From positions 1 through 56,456 of IMG/VR virus record IMGVR_UViG_3300048839_001000: 56,456 nucleotides of DNA; one strand, given 5' to 3'. The notes beneath the pieces are model-generated. The model searched no databases, was not told the origin of the DNA, and saw only the letters and a program-made list of their open reading frames with translations. The position numbers and the translations under genes are program-made. Positions 17,119-27,592 of this stretch are shown here, one piece after another. Each line of letters starts with the position of its first letter. Within the stretch, counting starts at the first letter, position 1. This DNA comes from a virus (lineage: Duplodnaviria > Caudoviricetes).

Positions 17119-18482
17119 CGTCCCATTCTCCTCTCTGCTTCTTTCAATGCTCTCACTGCATGACCGAAGACCACCTCCGGTTTCATGTCCCACATAGCTT
17201 CACATTGATGATCACACGATGGCCGATACCCATGCTCTGCTTGCCAATTGCATGGACTGCACTCTCCTGGAGACTGTAGTATCTTCACCGTGTCATACCA
17301 ACCGAATACTACCTTGCCATCAGTAGCGGAACAGATTGCAATCGTTGGTACACGCATCACTCCGGCGAGATGAGACATACCACTATCATTGCCAATGACG
17401 AGATTCGTTTTGGTAAACAACGCAACAGTGTGGTCCGCTCCCCATCCCCAATAACGAAGGTATGGCATGTGCTTTGTTCTATCCGGTTCGTTTCCATCAA
17501 CCACATAGACAAAGCATCCGAGCTTCGTGAGCATTCCTGCGAGATCTATCCAGTGGTGCATAGACCACGTACGCTGCGGACTGTTGGAGAATGGAACGAT
17601 CGCAACAATCGGTTTGCCGTTAGTAACTCCTTCAGTCAATTGCCCACGGCTCCACTCTGCGACATCGTTACTTGGCCGCAGTCTAATGTCTCGCACTGGT
17701 TCATCGACGCCAGCCGCCATACACCATAGATGATGTCTGGAGATTGGCGGGTTGTGCTCTTTGGCACAGATGTCATCGATGAGTCCCATTCGTTCGGGAC
17801 AGAGTTTGATGAGCCACTCACCACGAGAGCTCCAATCATCGGTGGACATCACATTCGCCCAACCGAGTTTCGCCCATGGCACTCTGTTTGGCACCGCGCG
17901 TATCCTGACTTGCTTCGACGGATACTTCTGCTGAATCGCATGCACTACTGGTAGACACGCGACCGTGTCACCAATGCCAGTCATGTCGAGTTCTTCTTCA
18001 TTGGTGCGAGCGTAGTGGAGCTGCACGTCAATGACATCCTTCAGTACTTCGGAGTGCCGTATCTGCACTTTGAATTGACGTCCAATATTGTTGCCCGGTC
18101 CCCACCGCGCGCGCGGACACACGGACTGGTCGTAAAGCGCCTTCTCTCTGACATTGCATCCGCAACCAGTCTTCTTCTCATCACGATACACTTTGGTCAG
18201 ACTATTCAGCCGTGGTTCCCCACAATACTCCTTCTTGTTTATTCTTCTGAATAGACGTGTCTCTGTGCCTTGTTCCTTCTCATCACATGTGTGACAGAGA
18301 GCAAGGCGCATCTTCTGCACGGTTTCTGATACTGTCTTCCCCATGCGCGCACGAAGAAAACTGACGACACCGAGATCTTTCGTCCCCTCGATCTCTGCGA
18401 GTGTCTTGCACGGTTGACACTCTGATGTCACGTCACCTTTGAACGACGGGTACGGCGAACACTTCGGTGCTACCGGGTCCAT
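17115..18482 (-). CDS. GT9 (ADP-heptose:LPS heptosyltransferase-like) with N-terminal Cys-rich domain
   Basis: GIGDTV, IGNDSGMSHLAG..VPTIAI..AT, CSPC...C...C. Confidence 0.85.
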   Translation of the reverse strand: MDPVAPKCSPYPSFKGDVTSECQPCKTLAEIEGTKDLGVVSFLRARMGKTVSETVQKMRLALCHTCDEKEQGTETRLFRRINKKEYCGEPRLNSLTKVYRDEKKTGCGCNVREKALYDQSVCPRARWGPGNNIGRQFKVQIRHSEVLKDVIDVQLHYARTNEEELDMTGIGDTVACLPVVHAIQQKYPSKQVRIRAVPNRVPWAKLGWANVMSTDDWSSRGEWLIKLCPERMGLIDDICAKEHNPPISRHHLWCMAAGVDEPVRDIRLRPSNDVAEWSRGQLTEGVTNGKPIVAIVPFSNSPQRTWSMHHWIDLAGMLTKLGCFVYVVDGNEPDRTKHMPYLRYWGWGADHTVALFTKTNLVIGNDSGMSHLAGVMRVPTIAICSATDGKVVFGWYDTVKILQSPGECSPCNWQAEHGYRPSCDHQCEAMWDMKPEVVFGHAVRALKEAERRMGR

Positions 18483-18499
18483 GCTACTCTTCTCCTCTC

Positions 18500-20674
18500 T
18501 TAGTTGGTCGACTCTACTGGCGGATCTCCGAGGTACTTGATGGTCACGTATGTTTTGGTGAATGTAAGATCTTCATTTTGAACGAAGTCCTTAATCACCG
18601 TCACTTCTTGATTTGGCACCATGTTGCCGAAGCCGAAGCCGAGGACCTGTCCGTCCGGACCGAGGCTCAACCATTTCAACGCCATGCTGCATGGGCACGA
18701 ACTGCGGCGACCAACTCCGCTACCTGGAGGTGGCGCGCTACTTCCGCTACCAACACCGCCGCTGCTCGTGCCGTATCCGCTTCCAGTTTGTTTACACTCT
18801 GCGGCGCAGTCAGCGTAGAAGTTGTATTCACCAGTGCGACCACCAACGCATCCGATACCTGGGTCGCAATGCCACTTGCATCCAACGTAGAACCAAATAC
18901 TTCCAGGCGGATGTGCATCGAGGCACTCTTGCTGCGTTCGGTACTGACCATCGCCAACATCGCGCGCCGCTACACATCCTTGACAGTCAATAAACTTCCA
19001 TCCGAAGTCTGGAGTGATGCAGCGGTTTCTGCACGTGTCCCTAGTTTGAAACTCCCCACCAGGGCCGTCTCGCTCTACACATTGCCATGGCACCTGCATC
19101 TTGTCACAGTCATAGCTCTTCTTACCACCTTTTCCGCCATGGCCACCGACTGGATTGCCGCTCTCGTCGCGACCGACTGTACCACCTTCGCAGAAACAAT
19201 TGTCGATTTGAATGACTCTCGGTTGGTACCAATTGCCACCTTCGAGCGTACCATCCTTCAATCCTTGCTTGACAGTCTTCATCGCATTACGCAGCGGTAT
19301 AGTGCTGATGCTCACGTTCATCGTGCGTCGTACCAGATCGTATGATATGGTCTGCGCACGTGCATTACTGAAGTTCGTGATAGGGCTGCCAAGCTTCAGA
19401 TTTGCATTGATTCCCTTGATGTGTATGCCGACACTTCCGGTAGTGTCTGCGGCATCACAATAGCGAAGCGCGAGCGCATTGGCTAATGCGGTGAGCAGCG
19501 CACTTTGGTCGATGGTACCAAGAGAGCTCTCGTATTTGATGAACTCGTTATGCTGCTCGATGTACGCACCTTCGCCAGCTAATTTTGGATCTGACGAAGT
19601 GTACTCTGCCACCATCGGCCCTTCTTCCGCGGTGTACGTGAGCCACGCGCTCACCATCGGCGGTGTCCAATCCGGATCGATGCCGAAGTAATTGATGCAT
19701 TGCATCTGCATCGCAAAGAACGACCGCCCAAACTCATCGACCTGAATGACTGGATTCTCCCAATCAAACACCATCGGTCCAAGCGCGATATCGTCGGGAC
19801 CGATGCCGAACTTAAATCGCACGAGCATGTTGTCGACGCACTTACCATCAGCGTCAATGTATCTGCCGAGGATACGGCGGCGCGGTGTGTCAGGAATGTA
19901 CCATCGATAGAAATACATTCCAGTAAGTGGATCAGAAGCATAGAGCGTCGCTACCATGTACTGTAATTCATACCGCTTGAAGTATCCGCATCCCTGCACT
20001 AGCACCTTCTCATACTTGCGGTTCAAGCTCTTACCAATGTCTGCTCCTTCCATGAGGAGTTCACCGCTAATTGGATTGATGATGTTGTAGGAGCCGATGG
20101 TCAAAGTGACTGACGACGCGGCGGTGAAGTCGGTGATGTCAAGTCGTGGTGAACCGCCGTTCGGATTCACCCACGCGATTCCTCCTGGCGTATTCTCCAA
20201 CAGATCGTTGAGCCACGTATCGAAGCCTTGGCCGCCCTTGTCTACCGCAGGTGTGTCTGCGTCGGTGATGGCGAAGTTCAACCCACCTGGAAGCACCGAA
20301 GCCACTCCACTTCCATTGAAAATGGCTGTGATGATAGCTTGAATGCTCGTGCCGGCCGTGAATGCGAGCCGTGTCTCCTTCAATCCATTGGTGATAATTG
20401 CCGCTGGTGTCTTAGTCAATGTTCGGTACGCATCGCTGCAGGTGTATCTAACACCTTCACCTGAACGGTACGCTGCCTTTACATCGGTGATCTTTCCGAC
20501 AAAACACGCACCTAAATCCGGGTCAGTGTAGGTGACCTGCGTCCCCTCAGCGAGAGCACTTCCGCTGTCTGCCTTTACTGCGTGAAACGCCGTGAGCACG
20601 CGGGCTTGGTTCGGCGCCCACATGAACTGCTCCACGGTGACACCGGCCATCGTGTCCAATGCAATCGCAGGCAT
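18500..20674 (-). CDS. tail tip/baseplate hub protein with Cys-rich C-terminal repeats
   Basis: Position after tape measure and Dit; FVGKI motif; Cys repeats and a Gly/Ser linker. Confidence 0.65.
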   Translation of the reverse strand: MPAIALDTMAGVTVEQFMWAPNQARVLTAFHAVKADSGSALAEGTQVTYTDPDLGACFVGKITDVKAAYRSGEGVRYTCSDAYRTLTKTPAAIITNGLKETRLAFTAGTSIQAIITAIFNGSGVASVLPGGLNFAITDADTPAVDKGGQGFDTWLNDLLENTPGGIAWVNPNGGSPRLDITDFTAASSVTLTIGSYNIINPISGELLMEGADIGKSLNRKYEKVLVQGCGYFKRYELQYMVATLYASDPLTGMYFYRWYIPDTPRRRILGRYIDADGKCVDNMLVRFKFGIGPDDIALGPMVFDWENPVIQVDEFGRSFFAMQMQCINYFGIDPDWTPPMVSAWLTYTAEEGPMVAEYTSSDPKLAGEGAYIEQHNEFIKYESSLGTIDQSALLTALANALALRYCDAADTTGSVGIHIKGINANLKLGSPITNFSNARAQTISYDLVRRTMNVSISTIPLRNAMKTVKQGLKDGTLEGGNWYQPRVIQIDNCFCEGGTVGRDESGNPVGGHGGKGGKKSYDCDKMQVPWQCVERDGPGGEFQTRDTCRNRCITPDFGWKFIDCQGCVAARDVGDGQYRTQQECLDAHPPGSIWFYVGCKWHCDPGIGCVGGRTGEYNFYADCAAECKQTGSGYGTSSGGVGSGSSAPPPGSGVGRRSSCPCSMALKWLSLGPDGQVLGFGFGNMVPNQEVTVIKDFVQNEDLTFTKTYVTIKYLGDPPVESTN

Positions 20675-20677
20675 CTC

Positions 20678-21934
20678 TTAGCTCCCGTATCCATACGCAA
20701 AGACTAGTTTGAACGAAGGCGTCTCGAGCCCCGTGATGTCATTAATCTGTACATCACGGAGATGCGCCAACACTTGCCCACCGCCAAGCAGGGCGTCATT
20801 GTTAATTCGCAACTGTCGCTCTCGTCCCTTGTGAAGCCAATTCAACATCCGCACTCGGTCTTCCACAAGGAATCGTTTCCCCTGATTGCTGCCATGGAAG
20901 TCATCGAGCACCGTCGTACTGTACGGGTAGAGATTGAACTGCTTGATCGCCAACTGAGTGCCAGAACCGACAGCAGTCACGTTGAGTTTCAAGTATGGGT
21001 AACTGAGCCCGGCCGTCAGATCGAAGGTCTTCTCCACCCCTGCTGCCCACAGACCGACTCCGGTCCACGATTGAATGCTTGTGTAAGTAACGCCAGCATC
21101 GCTTCCAAGCAATTCGAAGTTCACCGGCGCCGTTGCCACCGACACCGGGATGATCCCAATGCGCGCCGGTTTGAAGAGTGGGAATGGACCTCGGTAGAAG
21201 ATCAATGAGTGAGGCAGCGCTCCTGATCCTGACATGAAGTATTTGGAGCCAGACGGATCAAGGAGTTTGTTGGCTCTGTAATCCGACCCGGCGTCGGTGT
21301 CACCAACCACAGACCAGAACGCTGGCGTGTTCTTCTCCACAATGTTGATGCAGTTAATGAGTCTAAGTGGTACTGCACCTGGTACGCGGATCGGGGCGGC
21401 TCTGAAGATCTCCTTGAACTGGGTCTTGTCGCCCTCGTCTCCAAGCTCTATCACCATATCTTTCGAGTTGATGAAGAGCAGATCGGAATCGTTCTCAGAA
21501 CCGAACTCTAGTCGGTGCGGTATCTGCACACCGCTCGTCCCACCTCCGCCGGCAGACTTGTAACTGAACTCCAGTACGTAAATGAGCAGATCGTTGGTGT
21601 CCTGCGTCGGACTGAACGACTGCAGTGTGATGCCGGCGTACACCTCTTCCTCGGCGGTACCTTCGTCGACGGTGAGCGTACCCTGCTTGCCTAGCATGTC
21701 GCGGAGTTCAGCGACACGATCCTCGATGTATTTGCGACGAGGCCGACCCTGTGTCACTGTCGTGTCAGCATGCTCCCAAACTTCATTGAGCACCACTGTC
21801 TGCACAATGTCAGAACCAGCACCGCTCAATTCGCCACGATGGTCTACCCAGAAGTCAGTGGCTAGCATCGACTTCGTGATGCCATCGTAGACAAACTTCC
21901 AACTGCGCTGCCCGTTCATCCCAGTAGCTGGCAT
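20678..21934 (-). CDS. distal tail protein with inserted discoidin/F5-8-like domain
   Basis: Directly after the tape measure; APVNFELLGSDAG..YT..QSW...YPYLKLNVT resembles F5/8 type C. Confidence 0.6.
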   Translation of the reverse strand: MPATGMNGQRSWKFVYDGITKSMLATDFWVDHRGELSGAGSDIVQTVVLNEVWEHADTTVTQGRPRRKYIEDRVAELRDMLGKQGTLTVDEGTAEEEVYAGITLQSFSPTQDTNDLLIYVLEFSYKSAGGGGTSGVQIPHRLEFGSENDSDLLFINSKDMVIELGDEGDKTQFKEIFRAAPIRVPGAVPLRLINCINIVEKNTPAFWSVVGDTDAGSDYRANKLLDPSGSKYFMSGSGALPHSLIFYRGPFPLFKPARIGIIPVSVATAPVNFELLGSDAGVTYTSIQSWTGVGLWAAGVEKTFDLTAGLSYPYLKLNVTAVGSGTQLAIKQFNLYPYSTTVLDDFHGSNQGKRFLVEDRVRMLNWLHKGRERQLRINNDALLGGGQVLAHLRDVQINDITGLETPSFKLVFAYGYGS

Positions 21935-21943
21935 GTCTGTCTC

Positions 21944-24900
21944 CTAGTATCCGGCGGCAGCGGCTTCGCTACCACCTTCATTCTTTAGGCTATTGAGATT
22001 TGACTCGATCTTCTCAAGTCTCTTTGTCACGTCGTTCCACCGCGCCTTCATGCCGGCGGCGAACTCGACGGTGGTGTTACCCAGTTTCTCCATGCTGGTA
22101 GCCATTGAACTTTGTGCATCCAACGCGGAGTTCATTGCTTCGGGGACAGGTGCAACGGCGTCTTGCACCTGTTGCGCCTTGTCGACTAAGGCCTGAGTCG
22201 CTGGCTGCAGATTGGCAACTGCAGCAGAAACATTCGCCCACGCTTGCTCGGTGGTAAGTCGCACTCCTTCAACAGCAATAGTGCTGGCTTCAACGGCGGC
22301 CTGCGCCTCGGTGACTTTGGTCTCAGCCTCCTTCACCTTCGTAGCGGATTCCTCAACACCGACTTTGGCCTCCATGAACGACTGCTTCAAACCTTCGACA
22401 GCGGCCGTGACAGCGGCTGTGAACGATTGTTCCGGCACTCCAAGGTTTTGCTGCTCAGTCTGCAAGCTCGTAAGTGTCACCTGCTGCGCCGCAAGTGTCC
22501 CAGACTTTTGGTATCGCTCGGCAGCCGCCTCGGCGCCAGGTGTAGCAGCGAGTTGGGTGACTTCCTTTTGGAGACCGATGATGCTAGTCATCAAGGTCTC
22601 CATGCGCTCGAGCCGTTTGACGGCATTCTCAAACTCGGCGACTGACTTCGCCACCTCCTTGGTATACTCGACCTGTGCATCCTTGATGGCGAGTTCACGC
22701 TGCAGTCTTTCATTCTGCAGATCAGCGATGCGTTGGTCGCGTTCATTAGCCGCCTCCTGTTGGGCAGCCGATTCTTCCTCGAGTTTGAGCTTCTCAGCGG
22801 CAGCCAGTTTGGCGCGATCGTCGAGAAGCTGCTTTTCCTTTGCGGCGTTCTTCTCTAACTCAGCCACCTTTGCGGCATCGGTGGCGAGCCTTTCTTTGGC
22901 GTCGGCCTCGCCACGCGCGGCATCTTTGCGCGCTTCTGCTGCAGTCTTTTCAGCTTGCGGATCGCCGCGGGCTTCACCTTCTTTAGTCGCGGCCTCGTTG
23001 AGACGCTCACGTGCCTTCGCCAACTCTTCCTCATCGCGAGTCAGTTGCTTGCGGGCAGCCGCAAGATCTTCTGCGATACGTTTGGCGTCTGTCTCATCCT
23101 TCGCCAATCGTTCCAACTCGGCAGCGACCTTCGCGAGTACACGCGCGCGGGTCTCCTGGTCGGTGGAATCCTTCAACGCGGCCGCAGCACTCTCAACGAG
23201 ACTCTTAATCTCAGCCTGCGTGGCGTCTGTTCGTCTCAGCGCATCCTGATCGAGTTTCTTCTCAAAATCTCGAGCGCGCTCATTGGCAGACTTTCTGATC
23301 TCCTCCTCACGTTTGATCTCTTGTTCAATTTCATCGACACGTTTACGTTCGATAGCGACGAGTTTGTTCTTCTCATCCTCTGCTTTCTTAATTCGATCCT
23401 TAGAGTAGTTCTCCTGCGCTGAGAGCTGCTTTCTGAATGCCTCTTCAGTAATTCGCAGCTGCTCCTGCGCAGCAATTTCGGTGTATCGGCGAATCTCTTT
23501 GAGAGCATCGAGTTGCTTGCTAATGTCCGCCTGAATGGTTTCGCCTGAAACCGCGCTTGACGTTTTGGTTTTGAACAAATCAGCAAGAACGGTTTGATGC
23601 GCTTGCGCACGCGCGCGGAAGGTCTCCATCGCCTTCCCAAGCTCTTCGATGCCGACAACCGCCTTGCCGACGTCTTCGCCGAAGTTGAGTTTGATCTGCG
23701 TCTCGTCCAACTTCTTCTTGTATTCGTCGAAAGCTTTCTGCGTGTCAGCCAGAACTGCTTTCGCGCCACCGAAAGTCTTTGCAATGTCCTCGGTCGACTT
23801 CTTTACGAGCCCCATCTGCTCCGCGTACCGCTCGGCAAAACCTTGCACCGAGTCGCCCAGCTTACGGTACAGCGTATCGAGCTCCTGTTGGCCGCCGAGG
23901 GACTCGAACATTCCCTTGTTTGCAGTCTTCAAGCCGAGGAGATACTGGAAGCGAGTAATCTCACCTGCAGTGTCGCCAATCGCCGCCTTCAATGCCATCC
24001 AATCAACCATTCCCTCCTTCAAGTATTGATTGTAGCGAAGGAGTTGTTCTGGATTGAGCGCATCAACCTGCTTCTTGATCTCTGCAGCGTTGGTCGTACG
24101 AATGCCCTCTGCCTGAGCCTCGTAGTATTTCTTCCATGCTAACGCGAACCATCCAACAACTGGAATGGCTGCGAGCACCACGTCTACGATTCCGCTCTTT
24201 ATCTTGTCGCTGGTATCCGCGGTGCCTTTGATCACGCGTTCTTCAGCGTCCGCCAATCCAAAGAACTGTTCGATCATTCCACCGATCTTGAAACCAGCAA
24301 TCGCAGTGCCTGCCGCGAGCGCCGCAGTACCAAGCGCAGAGAACTGCGACACGTTGGTGAGTAGGGCAGGACTGAGTTCGCTGCCGAGCATGTTGACGAA
24401 GGTACGCAAACCAATCTCGCCTCGGAGCAGATGTCCACCGAGTGTCAATACGCCGTCAGCCATCTTTGTCAACCCAGTCCAAGCGTTGAACATCCAGTCA
24501 CCGACCTTCGTTGCCACCATGCCGGCCCACGCTTTGGCATTCGTGAGGACTTGGCCGGTGGTTGCGCCGAGGATTCCTTTTACAACGTCGACTGCCTTAC
24601 CAACGTTGCTATTGGCGATGGCCGATGCTGAAGTGGCGGCTGTGTTTGCTTCTTTTGCAGCCGTGTTCGCCACAGTCGCGGCAGTGTCTGCGGTGGTAGC
24701 CGCTGCGGATTCAACCATGCTGCCAGCAAACGCAATCTGTATTCCAGTCAAAACAATCTGAGCTGCTGCGAATTGTTTAAAGGCGAAGGTTACTGCGGCG
24801 ATTGTCCCTGCCAACAGACCGACAGCAGTGACGATACCGACGAGCGCGAGTCCTAACGACACGGCGGTCTTGGTCAAAGCTGGATTCGCTTCAATCCACT

Positions 24901-25912
24901 CTTTGATCTTCACCACCACCTTCGTAATGTCCTCGATGAATGGTTTTATGATCTCATTGACTGACGCGCCGAGCGCACCAAACGCCTCAGACACAGCAGC
25001 GGACATGTCCTTCATCCGCTCGGTGAACGTTTGATTCTCGCTTGACGCGGCTCCCAAATACTTCGTCGTGTCCTTCAAAATGATCGCGAGCTTTGCCTGT
25101 GCCTCTTGCGCTTGAGTGGCAGTCTTTGGATTAATGCCCTTTGCGAAGAGCTCCGCTTTGACGCGCGCCTCGTCGAGATTGATGCCGTATTGACGAAGAG
25201 CGCGGCCAGACAGCAGTAGACCGGTTCTGAATTGATCGACGATAGTGGCAGCATTCGTTCCAGTCACGGCGCTCATGTCGATAGCAATTCGAACAAGTTG
25301 CTCTGACATTCTGGCAGCTTCATCGCCAACAACGCCGAACGATGCAGCCGCCAAATTGGCCGTCGCTAACAGACGTTGAACATCGGCCGTCTGTCTGCCT
25401 GTCGCCTTGGCGATTTCTTCAGAGGTCCGAATGGCTTCGTCCGCGAGTGCGCCGTAAGCCACTCGAAGCTCCGCCACCGCGGCTTCGTCGTCCATCGCCT
25501 CGTTGGAAGCTTGATTGAAGATGGCGCTTACACCCGCGGCGGCAATGCCGACGGCAATGAGACCTCCTTGTAACTCTCGCATTGCTTCATCAGCATTCCG
25601 CATAGCCGTCGCAGTCGCTTCAGCGGCGGCCTTCATTTGATCGGCCATCTGCTGAGCAGCCGCAGCCGCTTCACCTTCGATAGTTGCGAGATCTTGTGCT
25701 GCAGCCGCTGCAGCTTCCTCCTGCTCACGCAGTTGGCGCATTTCATCCACAATCGGACCGATGTTCTGGTCCATCTGGACAGCCATTTGAATTGCTACAG
25801 GATCCGCAGCGGCCTTACGTTTAGCGGCATCAATATCACTGACGAGTTTGTTGATGGACGATTGATCAATGCCGATGCTGACTAGAAATTCTTCAGTGCT
25901 GGCCATCATCAT
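21944..25912 (-). CDS. tail tape measure protein
   Basis: ~1320 aa, Ala-rich and helical with hydrophobic segments, RALRQYGI motif; follows the chaperones. Confidence 0.9.
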   Translation of the reverse strand: MMMASTEEFLVSIGIDQSSINKLVSDIDAAKRKAAADPVAIQMAVQMDQNIGPIVDEMRQLREQEEAAAAAAQDLATIEGEAAAAAQQMADQMKAAAEATATAMRNADEAMRELQGGLIAVGIAAAGVSAIFNQASNEAMDDEAAVAELRVAYGALADEAIRTSEEIAKATGRQTADVQRLLATANLAAASFGVVGDEAARMSEQLVRIAIDMSAVTGTNAATIVDQFRTGLLLSGRALRQYGINLDEARVKAELFAKGINPKTATQAQEAQAKLAIILKDTTKYLGAASSENQTFTERMKDMSAAVSEAFGALGASVNEIIKPFIEDITKVVVKIKEWIEANPALTKTAVSLGLALVGIVTAVGLLAGTIAAVTFAFKQFAAAQIVLTGIQIAFAGSMVESAAATTADTAATVANTAAKEANTAATSASAIANSNVGKAVDVVKGILGATTGQVLTNAKAWAGMVATKVGDWMFNAWTGLTKMADGVLTLGGHLLRGEIGLRTFVNMLGSELSPALLTNVSQFSALGTAALAAGTAIAGFKIGGMIEQFFGLADAEERVIKGTADTSDKIKSGIVDVVLAAIPVVGWFALAWKKYYEAQAEGIRTTNAAEIKKQVDALNPEQLLRYNQYLKEGMVDWMALKAAIGDTAGEITRFQYLLGLKTANKGMFESLGGQQELDTLYRKLGDSVQGFAERYAEQMGLVKKSTEDIAKTFGGAKAVLADTQKAFDEYKKKLDETQIKLNFGEDVGKAVVGIEELGKAMETFRARAQAHQTVLADLFKTKTSSAVSGETIQADISKQLDALKEIRRYTEIAAQEQLRITEEAFRKQLSAQENYSKDRIKKAEDEKNKLVAIERKRVDEIEQEIKREEEIRKSANERARDFEKKLDQDALRRTDATQAEIKSLVESAAAALKDSTDQETRARVLAKVAAELERLAKDETDAKRIAEDLAAARKQLTRDEEELAKARERLNEAATKEGEARGDPQAEKTAAEARKDAARGEADAKERLATDAAKVAELEKNAAKEKQLLDDRAKLAAAEKLKLEEESAAQQEAANERDQRIADLQNERLQRELAIKDAQVEYTKEVAKSVAEFENAVKRLERMETLMTSIIGLQKEVTQLAATPGAEAAAERYQKSGTLAAQQVTLTSLQTEQQNLGVPEQSFTAAVTAAVEGLKQSFMEAKVGVEESATKVKEAETKVTEAQAAVEASTIAVEGVRLTTEQAWANVSAAVANLQPATQALVDKAQQVQDAVAPVPEAMNSALDAQSSMATSMEKLGNTTVEFAAGMKARWNDVTKRLEKIESNLNSLKNEGGSEAAAAGY

Positions 25913-26226
25913 TCTCCATCGTCGGCAGGTAGATCTCTCTTCAACCGGACCTTGCTCAGTCCATCGAAGAGACGAACTATCTGCGGCTTCTTCAATTCTT
26001 CACGCATCTTCCAGATGCGTTCCGGCGTCCCAATCAAGTACTTCACGTGGCGGCTTCTATCAGATTTACTGGTAGTGTGCGCCACTGTCGTGTCTACTAT
26101 GAACTCAAGTCTCCTCTGAGCTCGGAGGCGCTGAATCGCGTGGTAGTGCGCCTCAACTTCGTCCATCGAGTATCTGTCTAACACCGCGGTACTGTCGTGT
26201 CCAGCGTCGAGTAGTTCGGCAACCAT
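25909..26226 (-). CDS. tail assembly chaperone T-like ORF
   Basis: Between the chaperone and the tape measure, in the -1 frame relative to 26232..26678, no clear RBS. Confidence 0.6.
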   Translation of the reverse strand: MVAELLDAGHDSTAVLDRYSMDEVEAHYHAIQRLRAQRRLEFIVDTTVAHTTSKSDRSRHVKYLIGTPERIWKMREELKKPQIVRLFDGLSKVRLKRDLPADDGE

Positions 26227-26231
26227 GTCGG

Positions 26232-26678
26232 CTACGACGTCGCCGTAGTCTCTTTGCTGCCGCCGCTTTCCAACACCACTCGTTTTAGGTCGCTGAACGC
26301 GTCTCGTAAAGGGACGTAGTTCTGCCTCATCACATGACCGAGAAGATTGACCACCTCGTCGAGTGACAGTGTGTCAAACCATTCAGTCGCCATCTCTCGC
26401 GACTCGAAATTGTCTTCGGTCCAAATCGTGTCGATCAGGATGTGGGCCATCACTTCCGCTTGATTGCGGAGGACGAGCAGAACATCGTTCTTTAAGAGAT
26501 CAGAAATCGATTTCCCGCGAACGACTTCGCCGATGGCGTTGATGAACTTGTCACCATGGGTCAGCCCTTGTCTCCAGGTCCACTTATGGAGATGCAGGAT
26601 CTTTCCAGCCACCTTCACGTCGACCACGGCGTTTCGTACCGCCTCAGTCAACTCGCTTACAATCTTCTGTTGTTCCAC
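26232..26678 (-). CDS. tail assembly chaperone G-like
   Basis: Canonical position after the tail tube gene; GTG start with RBS. Confidence 0.7.
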   Translation of the reverse strand: MEQQKIVSELTEAVRNAVVDVKVAGKILHLHKWTWRQGLTHGDKFINAIGEVVRGKSISDLLKNDVLLVLRNQAEVMAHILIDTIWTEDNFESREMATEWFDTLSLDEVVNLLGHVMRQNYVPLRDAFSDLKRVVLESGGSKETTATS

Positions 26679-26702
26679 GTATCGCTCCTCTCTATGTTGC
26701 CA

Positions 26703-26735
26703 CCATGGTGAGCGGAAACACTCCGCTCACCATGG
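26703..26735 (-). terminator. 14-bp perfect hairpin after the tail tube gene
   Basis: CCATGGTGAGCGGA-AACAC-TCCGCTCACCATGG. Confidence 0.6.
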
Positions 26736-26744
26736 CGCGCAGTC

Positions 26745-27566
26745 CTACAGGTTCGTGCCGACGCCGAAGTGCTTGAAGACGCCGAATGGTGCGGTCGGAA
26801 CCGCATCGGAGTCATCCAAGATGTCGACGCGCAGCTGGAACTTCGACCAGTCGTCAGCGGACAGGGCGAAGTTGCCTTCGGGGTCGAGCGTGACATTGTT
26901 GAACGAGCGCATGAACTCGTTGCCGATGTCACTGACACCGAAGAACAACGCCTGCCCTTCGCGAAGGGCCTTCGTCTGCGGGTAGAACGTCTTGTTGGCG
27001 CGGACATCGTGCGTGTAGTTAACGCGCACGTACGCTCCGTCGGTGATCGCGCCACCGGACACTCGGCGGATGCCTTTGTAGCCGGTGATTGCGTCGGTCT
27101 CGACAATGTAGTCCGTCGTCAGGACGTACGTCGTGACGCCCGTGATGTCCTTCACCACGATGGCCGTCGGGTTGTACTCGAGCAGGAAGACGAACTCAGT
27201 GCCGTTGAGTTGCATGACCTCATCGACAACCGAGCCCGTACCGCTTCCAGCAGCAACCGTCGTGATAGCGTCGCCGCGGAAGAAGTTCTTCATGTTCAAG
27301 GTGCTCACTTCGTCGAGGGTGACAACCAACGACTCAGTGATCTGCCGATTGACGGAACGATCCTTGCGCTTCGACCCCGTCTTGGTCGAGAAATGGTCGA
27401 GGACTTCCTTCGCTGTTTCGAAGCTGTGATCGACCACGTTGCCCAGGTCACGCCACCCTTTTCTACGAGGAGGCGTCAGCGTGAGGTCAACAGATTCGTT
27501 GAACCACAGCCGAGCACCACCGATGGTGTAGTTGGATGGCGAGCCGTTCTCAAAGTAAGAACCCAC
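26745..27566 (-). CDS. major tail tube protein
   Basis: NYTIGGARLWF, DLGNV and LDPEG..AL..DDW motifs; position in the tail module. Confidence 0.85.
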   Translation of the reverse strand: MGSYFENGSPSNYTIGGARLWFNESVDLTLTPPRRKGWRDLGNVVDHSFETAKEVLDHFSTKTGSKRKDRSVNRQITESLVVTLDEVSTLNMKNFFRGDAITTVAAGSGTGSVVDEVMQLNGTEFVFLLEYNPTAIVVKDITGVTTYVLTTDYIVETDAITGYKGIRRVSGGAITDGAYVRVNYTHDVRANKTFYPQTKALREGQALFFGVSDIGNEFMRSFNNVTLDPEGNFALSADDWSKFQLRVDILDDSDAVPTAPFGVFKHFGVGTNL

Positions 27567-27592
27567 TCGTGTATTCCTCCGAAGAGTCTCGC

